From the NCBI GenBank assembly GCA_041674405.1, contig JBAYVT010000005.1, positions 77,047-141,046 on the forward strand: a stretch of 64,000 nt of DNA, in the 5' to 3' direction. This document shows positions 1 to 9,497 of the stretch, piece by piece; positions within the stretch are counted from its first letter, which is position 1, and every line of letters begins with the position of its first letter. Source of the DNA: Patescibacteria group bacterium (GTDB lineage Bacteria; Patescibacteriota; UBA1384; XYA2-FULL-43-10). Position numbers and translations under genes: made by a program. A model generated the notes under the pieces. It was not told where the DNA came from and made no database searches. It worked only from the letters and a program-made list of their open reading frames with translations.

Positions 1-366
1 AGAAACATCATTTGCATTTAGATCAGCCATTTTTTCTTCAGCAATCTGCTTCAATTTTTCTTGTGAGATTTTCGCGACTTTGTCCTTTTTCGAGTTCGCA
101 GCCCCACTCTGAATATTACAAGCTTTTTTAAGGAGGATTGCCGCTGGGGGGGTTTTCAAAATAAAGGTAAAGGTTCGATCTTCGTAAATCGTAATTTCAA
201 CCGGAATAATAGTGTCACCTTTTTCTCGAGTTTGCTCATTAAAAGCTTGGCAAAATTCCATGATGTTTACACCATGTTGGCCAAGGGCTGGTCCAACCGG
301 GGGGGCAGGATTTGCTTTTCCGGCAGGGCATTGCAGTTTTACAATTGTTTTTACTTTTTTTGCCAT
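1..366 (-). CDS. rplK: 50S ribosomal protein L11 (5' part; 3' end lies beyond the window start)
   Basis: Reverse complement from the ATG at 364-366 reads [39 protein letters not shown]..., the canonical L11 N-terminus. It lies downstream of nusG as in the conserved secE-nusG-rplK order. Confidence 0.9.
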   Translation of the reverse strand, partial: MAKKVKTIVKLQCPAGKANPAPPVGPALGQHGVNIMEFCQAFNEQTREKGDTIIPVEITIYEDRTFTFILKTPPAAILLKKACNIQSGAANSKKDKVAKISQEKLKQIAEEKMADLNANDVS

Positions 367-407
367 AACATTTACCTAAGATATTAGTTTTAAGTTATTA
401 GTTAATA

Positions 408-1085
408 TTACACTTTTTTAACTTGCAAGAAGTCTAAGTTTACAGGTGTTTCACGACCAAACATATTAACAAGCACTTTGACAGAACCTTTGTCTTGGTT
501 AATTTCTTCAACCTTACCTTCAAATCCCTTGAGTGCCCCATCGGTAATACGAACCAATTCGCCTTCTTTGAAATCGACTTTATACTTTGGTTCTTCAACA
601 CCCATTCGTTTCTTGATTCTGCCAATTTCATCCTTCGACATCGGGGTTGGGCGAACGCCGAATCCAATAAATCCGGTAACATTCGGAGTGTTTCGAACAA
701 CATACCAAGAATCATCAGTTACAATCATGTCAACAAGGACATATCCTGGGAAAATTCTTTTTTCAACGGTTCGTCTTTTACCATTTCTGATTTCGATTTG
801 CTTTTCTTTTGGAACAATGACATCAAAAATTTTATCAGCCATGCCAAGAGATTCGATTCTCTGTTTAAGGGAATCAGCAACTTGTTCCTCGTATCCAGAA
901 TAAGTGTGAATTACATACCAGTTACGCTCGCCAGACTGCTTTAAGGTTAGAAAGCTTTTCTTTTCTTCGTCGGCTTGTGGTGATGGCTCTTCTTCCTTGA
1001 GAATCATCTCTTCGGTTTCACTCTCGCCCGAAACCTTATCGACAGAAACAGGCTCTTCAATTTTTTCAATTTTTTCTTCTGCCAT
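408..1085 (-). CDS. nusG: Transcription termination/antitermination factor NusG with an acidic N-terminal extension
   Basis: 225 aa. The NGN domain starts at NWYVIHTYSGYE and there is a C-terminal KOW motif (GELVRITDGALKGFEGKV). About 50 aa of E/K-rich leader precede the NGN domain. Confidence 0.9.
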   Translation of the reverse strand: MAEEKIEKIEEPVSVDKVSGESETEEMILKEEEPSPQADEEKKSFLTLKQSGERNWYVIHTYSGYEEQVADSLKQRIESLGMADKIFDVIVPKEKQIEIRNGKRRTVEKRIFPGYVLVDMIVTDDSWYVVRNTPNVTGFIGFGVRPTPMSKDEIGRIKKRMGVEEPKYKVDFKEGELVRITDGALKGFEGKVEEINQDKGSVKVLVNMFGRETPVNLDFLQVKKV

Positions 1086-1092
1086 AAATCCC

Positions 1093-1293
1093 CTATTGTT
1101 TTAAGGAAATTATATATGAAATTAAACTTGACAATCCCTGATCTATCGCCGTAACTATCAGCACCGCAACTATCGAGGAAACAATGACAATCAAAGTATG
1201 ATTAATTACATCCTTACGGCTAGGCCAAGTAACCTTATTAAGCTCCTTCCATACTTCTGAAAAATATTTCGGGATCCTATTTATAAATGTCAT
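1093..1293 (-). CDS. secE: Preprotein translocase subunit SecE
   Basis: 66 aa with a single C-terminal TM helix. It sits immediately upstream of nusG, the conserved synteny. Confidence 0.8.
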   Translation of the reverse strand: MTFINRIPKYFSEVWKELNKVTWPSRKDVINHTLIVIVSSIVAVLIVTAIDQGLSSLISYIISLKQ

Positions 1294-1607
1294 TTGGACT
1301 CTATTTTATTAATTTGAACCTTTAAATACGAACTTCTTGACCCGGCAGTTCGCTTGTATCTCTTCTTTGCTCGGAACTTCAAGATGCGAACTTTGTCCGT
1401 TCTGCCAGTTTCTAGAATTTCTCCTTCGACTTTGGCATTTTTTATCTCCGGTTTACCGATTTCCGTTTTTTTATCATCAGAAACAAGCAAAACCGAATCA
1501 AAAATGATTTTCTTGTTCTTGTCATCGTAATCAGACATCGGTAGATTGATAGTTGTCCCTTCGGACACCTTGTACTGATTGTTTTTGTAAGAAATTATTG
1601 CAAACAT
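1290..1607 (-). CDS. rplU: 50S ribosomal protein L21
   Basis: 105 aa. MFAIISYKNNQYKVSEGTTI... and the basic tail ...KFRAKKRYKRTAGSR match the L21 family pattern. Confidence 0.8.
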   Translation of the reverse strand: MFAIISYKNNQYKVSEGTTINLPMSDYDDKNKKIIFDSVLLVSDDKKTEIGKPEIKNAKVEGEILETGRTDKVRILKFRAKKRYKRTAGSRSSYLKVQINKIESK

Positions 1608-1699
1608 CGGTACTCCAAATTAAAAAAGACCTGCGGTCCACTTGGTAAAAGTGTATCATAAGGCCCTAATAAAAGTCAAGTGAATTAACACCCATACCC

Positions 1700-2818
1700 C
1701 TATTTGAAGAATTTTTGTTTTTCTTTCTGATATATACTCTGTATTAAACCAAGTGCACTAAAACTAATAACTAGAGATGTTCCCCCGTAACTCATAAATG
1801 GCAAAGGTATTCCTGTAACTGGTAAAAGGCCCAAATTCATTCCGATATTAACTGCTGTTTGAAAAAGAAACATTGCACCAATCCCACATGCCAAAAAAAG
1901 TCCGTAATAATCTTTTGAATATGAGGCGATCGAAAAAATCCTAATTATCATAAACAAAAATATTGCCACTATCAAAACTGAACCCAAAAAACCCAGGGCC
2001 TCTGAAGTACCAGCAAAAATAAAATCAGTATGTGGCTCTGGTAAAAATTTAAGTTGGCTTTGCGATCCTTGGCCCAATCCTTGCCCCAGAAGGCCACCTG
2101 AGCCAATGGAAATTTCTGCTTGTTTTACATTGTATCCATTCCCGTACGGATCGTTCTGGGGATTAATGAAAGTCATCACCCTATTCCGCTGATAAGTTTT
2201 AAGTAGTTTTCCGAAGGGAGCAACATTATTTACGGATAAAATAAAGGATCCTAAAAATAAGGCTAGAATTATAAATATTACGGCATACTGCTTGACAGTC
2301 GGTTTTGAAATAACCAACAAAATTGTATAAATAAATGCTACAACAAGCGCAGTGCCAAGATCGGGCTCTTTTAAAATCAGAAGTAGAGGTGGAACCATTA
2401 GAACAAGTGACCATAAATAATCTTTTATATTGAGTTTTCCCACGCGTTTATAAAAAAAGGAGGAAAGAGCGAATATCAAAGAAATCTTGGCAACTTCAGA
2501 GGGCTGAAGCCGAAAGAAGCCAAGATCAATCCACCTGGTAGCCCCCTTTGCCGTTGCACCCATCATGTCTACAATAATAAGAAGCAAAAGCGCCACGAAA
2601 TAAAAAATCCACCACACATTCTTGAAGCTTCTATAATCCGAAAAAGCAAGCACGAACATCGCCCCAAGACCAAGTAAAGCACATAGACCCTGTTTAAATG
2701 CCAAGGTGGCATCTCCGCCAGCATATACTAAACTATAAATTACCGATACGCCAATCGCACACAGAATGATTGGCCCGATAAACAAACCCAGATCAAAATT
2801 TTTGAGCTTTGTTAACAT
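1700..2818 (-). CDS. SEDS-family peptidoglycan glycosyltransferase (RodA/FtsW-like); second copy besides the dcw ftsW
   Basis: 372 aa, about 10 TM helices, conserved FtsW/RodA C-terminal motifs (GGTSL..., PLPFMSYGG). Confidence 0.8.
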   Translation of the reverse strand: MLTKLKNFDLGLFIGPIILCAIGVSVIYSLVYAGGDATLAFKQGLCALLGLGAMFVLAFSDYRSFKNVWWIFYFVALLLLIIVDMMGATAKGATRWIDLGFFRLQPSEVAKISLIFALSSFFYKRVGKLNIKDYLWSLVLMVPPLLLILKEPDLGTALVVAFIYTILLVISKPTVKQYAVIFIILALFLGSFILSVNNVAPFGKLLKTYQRNRVMTFINPQNDPYGNGYNVKQAEISIGSGGLLGQGLGQGSQSQLKFLPEPHTDFIFAGTSEALGFLGSVLIVAIFLFMIIRIFSIASYSKDYYGLFLACGIGAMFLFQTAVNIGMNLGLLPVTGIPLPFMSYGGTSLVISFSALGLIQSIYQKEKQKFFK

Positions 2819-2824
2819 GTTGGC

Positions 2825-3079
2825 CTAAATCATTATTTCAATTAACTTTTGGGCTGTTTTCTCGCCTTTAACGATCCTTATAGCGGACGGATTAGTGTTG
2901 AAATATTCAGCAATCGATCTAATCACCGCCTTATTCGCTTTGCCTTCAACTGGTTTTTCGTTGATCCAAATTTTAAAAATGCCGTCATTCTCGAGAATCT
3001 TCGGTTTTTTTGAATTAGTAATTACTTTAACTGAAATTATTTTAGTGTTATTTTTTACATTTTTCATCGAGTGCTTCAT
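2825..3079 (-). CDS. DUF167/YggU-family small protein
   Basis: 84 aa. The ...ISVKVITNSKKPKI...NEKPVEGKANKAV...RIVKGEKTAQK pattern is typical of UPF0235/DUF167. Confidence 0.55.
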   Translation of the reverse strand: MKHSMKNVKNNTKIISVKVITNSKKPKILENDGIFKIWINEKPVEGKANKAVIRSIAEYFNTNPSAIRIVKGEKTAQKLIEIMI

Positions 3080-3488
3080 TTACTAGCCTATCAGCCCTCT
3101 TGTTTTGTTCGCGTGGCACGTATGTAAAAATTAATTTTATGTGAAACTTGCACTTGATCTTATTCAACGAATCCAAAAGAATACTTATGCCCTCATTTTT
3201 TACCTTGTAATTTCCGTTGATTTGTTCAACTACCAGCTGGCTATCTAGCCGGCAAACAACTTCTGAATCAGGATTGTTGTTGTTTTTTAGCCACTTGCTT
3301 TTCTCGAGAATTAGAAGTGCTTTGAGAATCGCACGATATTCAGCCTGATTATTGGTAGTATTGCCGATAAATTCTTTATAAGAATGGATTTCAACTTCAT
3401 TTTCATCATAAAAAACCACTCCGATGCCTGCCGGACCCGGATTTCCTCTTGCCCCGCCGTCGGTATTTATATAGATCTTCGGCATCAA
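3048..3488 (-). CDS. rnhA: Ribonuclease H (RNase HI-like)
   Basis: 146 aa. DGGARGNPGPAGIGVV... carries the DEDD catalytic residues (D..E..D..N/D) of RNase H-like proteins. The 4-nt ATGA overlap with trpS suggests translational coupling. Confidence 0.75.
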   Translation of the reverse strand: MMPKIYINTDGGARGNPGPAGIGVVFYDENEVEIHSYKEFIGNTTNNQAEYRAILKALLILEKSKWLKNNNNPDSEVVCRLDSQLVVEQINGNYKVKNEGISILLDSLNKIKCKFHIKLIFTYVPREQNKRADRLVNEALDEKCKK

Positions 3489-4465
3489 ATTCCCAATCCA
3501 ACAGCCTTATGCACCCTTCCAAGGGTTTCTGTGGCAATAGGCCAAACTTTATTGGCTCCTTCGTTCAATAATTCCTTGATTTCAGATTCACTTGATATTA
3601 TTTTGTTGTATTTTTCCTGTATTGGGCGCAAATATTCAATAATGACTTCAGTCAAAGATTCCTTGAATTCCTTGTACCCTTTGCCGACAAACTCCCCTTC
3701 GATTGAGCTAATTTCTTTTCCGGTGACCTCGTGATAAATGTTCAATAAATTGGTGATCGCAGGCCTTTCTGTTCCAGATTTAACTTCCGATCCAGAATCG
3801 GTAACCGCGCGCATTATTTTTTGCTTGACAATGTCCGCTGTGTCAAACATTGAGATATAGTTGTTTGGGGTTGAAGATGATTTACTCATTTTCTTTTCCG
3901 GGTTATCAAGACCCATAATTCGGGCGGATGTTTTTTTAATTAGTGGCTCAGGTATAGTAAATATTTGGCCAAATTTGCTATTGAATCGAATGGCAATGTC
4001 ACGGGTTAGCTCAACATGCTGTTTTTGATCATCACCAACAGGCACATGGGTTGTCCCATAAAGAAGAATATCGGCCGCCATAAGGACGGGGTAATCGAAC
4101 AAACCGGCAGAAACCGAGTCAGAATCGCCTCCTTTATCTTTAAATTGGGTCATTCGTTTAAGTTCGCCAATATTTGTAAAACAATTCAAGATCCAGGCAA
4201 GTTCGGAATGTTCCGGTCTTTGAGACTGGACAAATAGAGATGATTTTTTAGGATCAATTCCTGCTGCCAAATAAAGCGCAGCCAAAGATATGATATTTTT
4301 CTGAAGCTCCTCGGGGTCTTTTGGTACAGTTATGGCATGAAGATCAACAATACAAAAAATAGATTGCTCGGCATCATTTTGAAGATCAATCCATTGTTTA
4401 ATTGCACCCAAATAATTTCCGATGTGTATTTGCCCTGTTGGCTGTATACCAGAAAAGATCTTCAT
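3485..4465 (-). CDS. trpS: Tryptophan--tRNA ligase
   Basis: 326 aa. Class I motifs: HIGH-like GQIHIGNYLG and KMSKS (KMSKSS), the TrpRS signature. Confidence 0.9.
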   Translation of the reverse strand: MKIFSGIQPTGQIHIGNYLGAIKQWIDLQNDAEQSIFCIVDLHAITVPKDPEELQKNIISLAALYLAAGIDPKKSSLFVQSQRPEHSELAWILNCFTNIGELKRMTQFKDKGGDSDSVSAGLFDYPVLMAADILLYGTTHVPVGDDQKQHVELTRDIAIRFNSKFGQIFTIPEPLIKKTSARIMGLDNPEKKMSKSSSTPNNYISMFDTADIVKQKIMRAVTDSGSEVKSGTERPAITNLLNIYHEVTGKEISSIEGEFVGKGYKEFKESLTEVIIEYLRPIQEKYNKIISSESEIKELLNEGANKVWPIATETLGRVHKAVGLGI

Positions 4466-4537
4466 TTTGATCCTAAAATTAATGTTAAAAAAATAGAATT
4501 TAACTTTATACTATACAAGTTCGTATGAAAATTCAAA

Positions 4538-5266
4538 CTATGGGTTATAGTCTCGGCTCTCAACACTCGTTTTGATTTCAGCCTGAGCACGATAATTGGG
4601 CAGTAAATTGTCATAATCTTTTGATTGTGCAAAGATCCCTATCCTTACAAATGGCTGCTGAATTCCAGACGAAGCCATAAACCCCCAAAATCTGGCATTG
4701 AGGCTTACTTCATTATTTACTATTTCCTCTCTAAAATTTTGGTTTGTGTTCAAATTTATCGTGCCTTTCCATTCATTACTAGAAACTTCATCAGAAATCG
4801 TATATTCGCGACGATAAAGGTCATGATCGCCACTTGCAGTCACCAGCGTTCTGTAGAGTATTATTTTACTATCAGTTTTTTTAAGTACTCCAAGAGAATA
4901 ATAGTTATTTGAATTGTAGTTGATTGTCTCATCTGGGTTTGTTCCGCCTGGCCTAACAATATTTCCAGAAGTCGTGGAAAAACTGCCAGACTGATCGGTT
5001 TGGACCAAAAACACATCCCTAACAAGCACATCTGCGGTAGTACCCGCCGTGATTTTTACGCTGCCGTTTGAAAGCCTCACGTCATCTGAAATTTTCATCA
5101 TAGTACCCCTAGCCTCGGACAGAGAATTTCTGGTTTCCCTAATTTTTGCATTATATGAGGAAGTCATAGAAAAAACAGCTGTTGCCATGATCATAATAAT
5201 GGCAAAAATTGTCGATGCAATCAGTATTTCTATGAGTGTAAAACCTTTTTTGTGTGAATTTGTCAT
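4538..5266 (-). CDS. Prepilin-type N-terminal domain protein (minor pilin-like)
   Basis: 242 aa. The N-terminus KKGFTLIEILIASTIFAIIM is a class III signal (G-F-T-L-I-E). It is the last in a run of pilin genes. Confidence 0.7.
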   Translation of the reverse strand: MTNSHKKGFTLIEILIASTIFAIIMIMATAVFSMTSSYNAKIRETRNSLSEARGTMMKISDDVRLSNGSVKITAGTTADVLVRDVFLVQTDQSGSFSTTSGNIVRPGGTNPDETINYNSNNYYSLGVLKKTDSKIILYRTLVTASGDHDLYRREYTISDEVSSNEWKGTINLNTNQNFREEIVNNEVSLNARFWGFMASSGIQQPFVRIGIFAQSKDYDNLLPNYRAQAEIKTSVESRDYNP

Positions 5267-5269
5267 ATG

Positions 5270-5866
5270 CTAAAAATTAGGATGTGAATTAGTAATAAGC
5301 TCGTCAATCAAAACAGACTTGCTATTATTATCGCCCCAGGTTATCGTGCAAGTTGCAATTATGGCATTGTTATTATCGACGGTGATATTATTTCCTAAAC
5401 CATCTGTAACATTGTCGATATCCTCTGCAGCCTTGAAAATAATGGTTCGCGTAAATTTGTTTCCATCTAGCGGTACTTCTCCAGTGATTCCGGATCCATC
5501 TTTTTCAACTAATTTTGAACGATTTGGATAATTGGGAGCCGGAGTAGAACTCGCGGCCTTAAAGTCAAAAACATATTCGGTATTTAGTTTTGGCTTATTG
5601 TCAGCAATATTTTCCAATACGAAGGAATTCCATTTTGTAGAGGGGTCATTGTCAATGTAATTGGTATCGCGAATCTGCCTTAACATTTCAATCCCCTGTT
5701 GTGCTAAAAATGTGGCTTGAGCTCTTTGCTTAGTCAAACTCAAGTTGTTTAGAACCGTCTTGCCAAGCACAACAAGAGCACCAAGCATGGTGATAATAAT
5801 AACTCCAGCCAGTAATACTTCTAGCAAACCAAAGCCTTTAGTTTTTGTGACGAGCATTTTTTTCAT
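5270..5866 (-). CDS. Prepilin-type N-terminal domain protein (minor pilin-like)
   Basis: 198 aa. The N-terminus KGFGLLEVLLAGVIIITMLGAL is a divergent prepilin signal. Confidence 0.6.
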   Translation of the reverse strand: MKKMLVTKTKGFGLLEVLLAGVIIITMLGALVVLGKTVLNNLSLTKQRAQATFLAQQGIEMLRQIRDTNYIDNDPSTKWNSFVLENIADNKPKLNTEYVFDFKAASSTPAPNYPNRSKLVEKDGSGITGEVPLDGNKFTRTIIFKAAEDIDNVTDGLGNNITVDNNNAIIATCTITWGDNNSKSVLIDELITNSHPNF

Positions 5867-6390
5867 TGCATAATGGTATTATTTTTTGCCGAATAAGGCT
5901 CTGCGGTGACTACGACCCGTTGTTCGCGCGTTGTTCTGTTTGAACCTATAGTAATGCTTGTACTTGGTAAATTATTATTGATTTTAAAATTTCCGGGGTA
6001 ATAAGAGTATGTAAAACCCAAATCCGATCCGGTACCGAAAACTACATTCATTCCAGTAAAGTCTACAATGTCTTTGGAGTCAGTTATAGAAGTAGGCGCA
6101 AGATCACAATCCTCTTTTGTGCTATTGATCTGCCCGTACTGAATATTCATACTTGTTCCATCGGGGTTTTGAGTAAATATAATCCTGGCACAATTTTGGT
6201 TTTGTTGGGGATTTTGTGAATATGCATAGGCGCGATCCAGCAGCGCTTTCACCTCGTCTGCCTTTAATACGACTTCCTGCCTGGCCCCAAAATTTTGATA
6301 TGCCGGAATAGCTGCCGCAGCCATTAACAAAATAATCGCAATCACTATCAATATTTCAATTAATGTAAAGGCTCTTTTTTTAAAACTCAT
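5863..6390 (-). CDS. Prepilin-type N-terminal domain protein (minor pilin-like)
   Basis: 175 aa. KRAFTLIEILIVIAIILLMAAAAIPAYQNF. Confidence 0.7.
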   Translation of the reverse strand: MSFKKRAFTLIEILIVIAIILLMAAAAIPAYQNFGARQEVVLKADEVKALLDRAYAYSQNPQQNQNCARIIFTQNPDGTSMNIQYGQINSTKEDCDLAPTSITDSKDIVDFTGMNVVFGTGSDLGFTYSYYPGNFKINNNLPSTSITIGSNRTTREQRVVVTAEPYSAKNNTIMQ

Positions 6391-6414
6391 TTTTAACCAA
6401 AATTAACAATATTG

Positions 6415-7062
6415 TCATGGCGCACTAACAAGATTTGAACCGACGAAAAATATTTCTGGATATTCCGGTGATGTATAGGCGCTGGAAAAATCTTTGAGCG
6501 ATTCAGATGCGGACAGTGCCATCGCTTGCCCTTGTGTATCGCGGAGTGTTTGGCTGAAAAATTTCCTACCATTCCCATCATTTGCGATTTCAAGGTGAGC
6601 GGCTAATACATAAGAATATTTCGATGTAAGATAGGTGTAAAAATATTCATTCGGATCCGCATGCCAAGTTACATGGTTTTGGGTATTATCTTTTTGTTTA
6701 GGATCTTCCGCCATAGGAAGGGGAATATATCCGTTGAGAAGCCCATTGAGACCGCTAGACCAGCGATTAGTATTGGGTCCACCATCCGGGTTTGACAATG
6801 AATTACAGCTTCTTACCCGATACCAATTTTGGCCGGCTGGAACATTTACTGCATCATATGGATATACCCTTCTATCGGCATGAAATGCTTCAATTGCCGC
6901 AGCAATTGCCTGAATATCAGCCTTTCTCTTGTTGTCCCGCGCTTTTGCCTGGGCATTGGTATATGAAATGATAATAATTGTTGCAAGAATCCCAATAATT
7001 GCAACTACGACAAGCAGCTCAATTAATGTAAATGCCCTTGATTTTGCTAAATGCCGTCTCAT
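6415..7062 (-). CDS. Type IV pilin (paralog of 7059-7625)
   Basis: 215 aa. [42 protein letters not shown]. The first ~45 aa are nearly identical to the neighbouring gene. Confidence 0.8.
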   Translation of the reverse strand: MRRHLAKSRAFTLIELLVVVAIIGILATIIIISYTNAQAKARDNKRKADIQAIAAAIEAFHADRRVYPYDAVNVPAGQNWYRVRSCNSLSNPDGGPNTNRWSSGLNGLLNGYIPLPMAEDPKQKDNTQNHVTWHADPNEYFYTYLTSKYSYVLAAHLEIANDGNGRKFFSQTLRDTQGQAMALSASESLKDFSSAYTSPEYPEIFFVGSNLVSAP

Positions 7063-7625
7063 CTATTTGTGTGTTTATCTATAAAATAGGCCTTGTTATT
7101 GTCATGATCTTGTTGGTTGTAAGAAAAATTTGGCGGATCAGTGGTTGCGGGACCATATCCCCCGCAAATCCCGCCCACAGGGTAAAAAGCGGTGTTTCCG
7201 GAAGAAGTCTCAAGACGGGTAGTCAAACAATACTGATTTGGCCACAATATAACCCCGTAAGAATAAATCTCACTTTGATTCCACGATTCAAGTCCATTGT
7301 ATGAGCTGAGTGCAACCTTTGGATCTTGCGGTAGAGAACTAAGATAGCCCGAAAGCCAATTGCCCAACTTGGGCCAATAGCGAGGGTCTGCAGAATCGTT
7401 GACATATGAGGCGAAGGTATCATGATCTGTGTTGGAATACCTATGCTTATCGGCATATCTCATTTCCAACGCACTGGCGATGGACTCGAGATCGACCTTT
7501 CTTTTATTATCTCTGGCTTTGGCTTGTGCATTATTATAAGAAATGATAATTATTGTTGCCAAAATTCCGATTATTGCAATAACAACCAATAACTCAATTA
7601 ATGTGAAACCTCTTTTTCTGTCCAT
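7059..7625 (-). CDS. Type IV pilin
   Basis: 188 aa. [42 protein letters not shown], a prepilin cleavage/methylation signal. Confidence 0.8.
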   Translation of the reverse strand: MDRKRGFTLIELLVVIAIIGILATIIIISYNNAQAKARDNKRKVDLESIASALEMRYADKHRYSNTDHDTFASYVNDSADPRYWPKLGNWLSGYLSSLPQDPKVALSSYNGLESWNQSEIYSYGVILWPNQYCLTTRLETSSGNTAFYPVGGICGGYGPATTDPPNFSYNQQDHDNNKAYFIDKHTNR

Positions 7626-7633
7626 ATCCCCTC

Positions 7634-8392
7634 CTAAATCCTAAAATATCCAAAATACCAATCAATAAAATATTGTCCCCAAATAAGGGCAATCAGCGCC
7701 GAGGCAATCAAAAACGGGGCAAATGGCAAACTATCTTTCATTTGTTTCTTTTTAGTAGCTAAATATATTACACCCACTATTGAACCGAGAACAAAGGCAG
7801 CGAAAATCAGAAACATCGCTCGCGGATAGCCAACCATGGCACCAACCAGAAAACCAAGTTTGATATCGCCTGCCCCCATCCATTTTTCCCTAGATACAAG
7901 CACGAGTATAAGCGGGATCGCTCCACAGATTAATGAACCAATGAGCATATTAGATAATCCAAAATTTCCAAAATACCATGATCCCAAAAGGGCGATTACA
8001 AGCCCTGTCCAGACAAATTCTTCCGGAATCAGTTCGGTTTTAAAATCATATACAAAAACGACGGTGAGTATAGAAAACAAAATCGCATAAAAAGCAAATT
8101 GCCACCCCAGCCCAAAAATATAATATAAAACTAAAAATAATAGGGCTATCCCCACCTCAACGATTGGATATTGGATTGATATTGTTTTTTTGCAATATCT
8201 GCATTTTCCGCGCAAAATAACATAGCTTAAAAATGGGATAAGATCATACCATCTCAGCACCTCTTTGCAATGTGGACAATGTGACCTAGTATAAAGAACG
8301 CTTTTCAAATCATCAATACGGAAAATTATAACATTCAAAAAACTGCCAATCGCCAGTCCCACAAGAATCGCTATGATTGGATAAATATACAT
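7634..8392 (-). CDS. pilD: Prepilin peptidase (A24 family, PilD-like)
   Basis: 252 aa polytopic membrane protein. The N-terminal Zn-binding tetracysteine CPHCK...CRYCKK and the conserved ...MGAGDIKL... aspartyl motif are present. Confidence 0.85.
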   Translation of the reverse strand: MYIYPIIAILVGLAIGSFLNVIIFRIDDLKSVLYTRSHCPHCKEVLRWYDLIPFLSYVILRGKCRYCKKTISIQYPIVEVGIALLFLVLYYIFGLGWQFAFYAILFSILTVVFVYDFKTELIPEEFVWTGLVIALLGSWYFGNFGLSNMLIGSLICGAIPLILVLVSREKWMGAGDIKLGFLVGAMVGYPRAMFLIFAAFVLGSIVGVIYLATKKKQMKDSLPFAPFLIASALIALIWGQYFIDWYFGYFRI

Positions 8393-8424
8393 TAAAAATA
8401 CTCCTTATTCAATTTTTAAATTAA

Positions 8425-8450
8425 TACCCACAGGGTCCCCCTAAGGGGAC
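8425..8450 (-). terminator. GC hairpin between the pilin gene and pilD (terminator/attenuator)
   Basis: GGGTCCCC-taa-GGGGACC immediately after the pilin stop. Confidence 0.45.
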
Positions 8451-8461
8451 CTTTGTAGAAA

Positions 8462-8974
8462 CTAATCTGTTAGCGCATAATTGTAGTTTGCGGGCAACCC
8501 AACTGTTGAGGTTGGTGCTGTTGCATTCACTATTTGATATGTGCCCTCAGTGGCTCCCGGAGTAGCCTCACCTTTATCCGAATCTGCTGTATTTTCAAGC
8601 TCTGCGGCTAGAGCAAAATCAGCCGGGGTGCCAGCAGTGCCATTGTGGGATAAATACATATACGGATTTGTTCCCTGTGGATCTGCAGGCATTGTCTTAA
8701 GATAAAGCCCTCCCGCAATAAGAGCGGCTGTAACCGTGTTTCCAGAAGCTGCCAAAGATTCAAAAGTATCATCAGCGGTAGCAGCCGGGAATTGATCCTT
8801 GTCCGTGTTATATTGGGCGAGAGCGGACTTGATCGTACGAAGATCATTTTTTCTTCTCGCATCGCGAGCCTTGGCTCTGGCACCATTAAGCGCTACAAGC
8901 ACCATAGCTGCCAAAATGCCAATGATGGCGATAACTACAAGAAGCTCAATTAATGTAAAACCTCTTTTTTTCAT
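8462..8974 (-). CDS. Type IV pilin (probable major pilin, paralog of 9005-9427)
   Basis: 170 aa. [45 protein letters not shown]. Strong SD (AGGAG) upstream. Confidence 0.85.
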   Translation of the reverse strand: MKKRGFTLIELLVVIAIIGILAAMVLVALNGARAKARDARRKNDLRTIKSALAQYNTDKDQFPAATADDTFESLAASGNTVTAALIAGGLYLKTMPADPQGTNPYMYLSHNGTAGTPADFALAAELENTADSDKGEATPGATEGTYQIVNATAPTSTVGLPANYNYALTD

Positions 8975-9004
8975 AAAAACTCCTAATGATTTATTAGTAT
9001 TGTA

Positions 9005-9427
9005 CTAATCGCAGTTTGATGTTGAGCCAACAGTACAAGTAATAGATGGATACCCCGTAGCAGGAGTTACAGCCATTGCTGTTAACGTCGTTCCATTTAA
9101 AGCATTGGTTACCGTGTAGGAGTAACCGTCACTGGCAGCTGTTAATGTTGGCCAAACAACATTTGCCGCATCTGATGATACGCCTGCGGGGATATTGCTG
9201 CAGATATTACCAGAGGGGGTTGTATTTGCGTGAGCTGCACCAAGATTTCCACCATCTACCACACAAATAGAAATCGTCTTTAGGGCCTGGTTAAGATTTG
9301 AAACTGCTGCAGCTTTTTTGGCGGCCGGCCTTGCATTAGATAATGCAATAATAATGATCGTCGCCAAAATGCCAATGATTGCGATAACCACCAAAAGCTC
9401 GATAAGTGTAAAACCTCTTTTTTTCAT
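9005..9427 (-). CDS. Type IV pilin (probable major pilin)
   Basis: 140 aa. Its N-terminus [22 protein letters not shown] is identical to that of the neighbouring gene. Strong SD (AAAGGAGGAAT-ATG). Confidence 0.85.
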   Translation of the reverse strand: MKKRGFTLIELLVVIAIIGILATIIIIALSNARPAAKKAAAVSNLNQALKTISICVVDGGNLGAAHANTTPSGNICSNIPAGVSSDAANVVWPTLTAASDGYSYTVTNALNGTTLTAMAVTPATGYPSITCTVGSTSNCD

Positions 9428-9497
9428 ATTCCTCCTTTAACGCTTATTACAGTCTTGATCGACCCCTCCTAGGACAAGACAGTTTTTTATATTAAAA

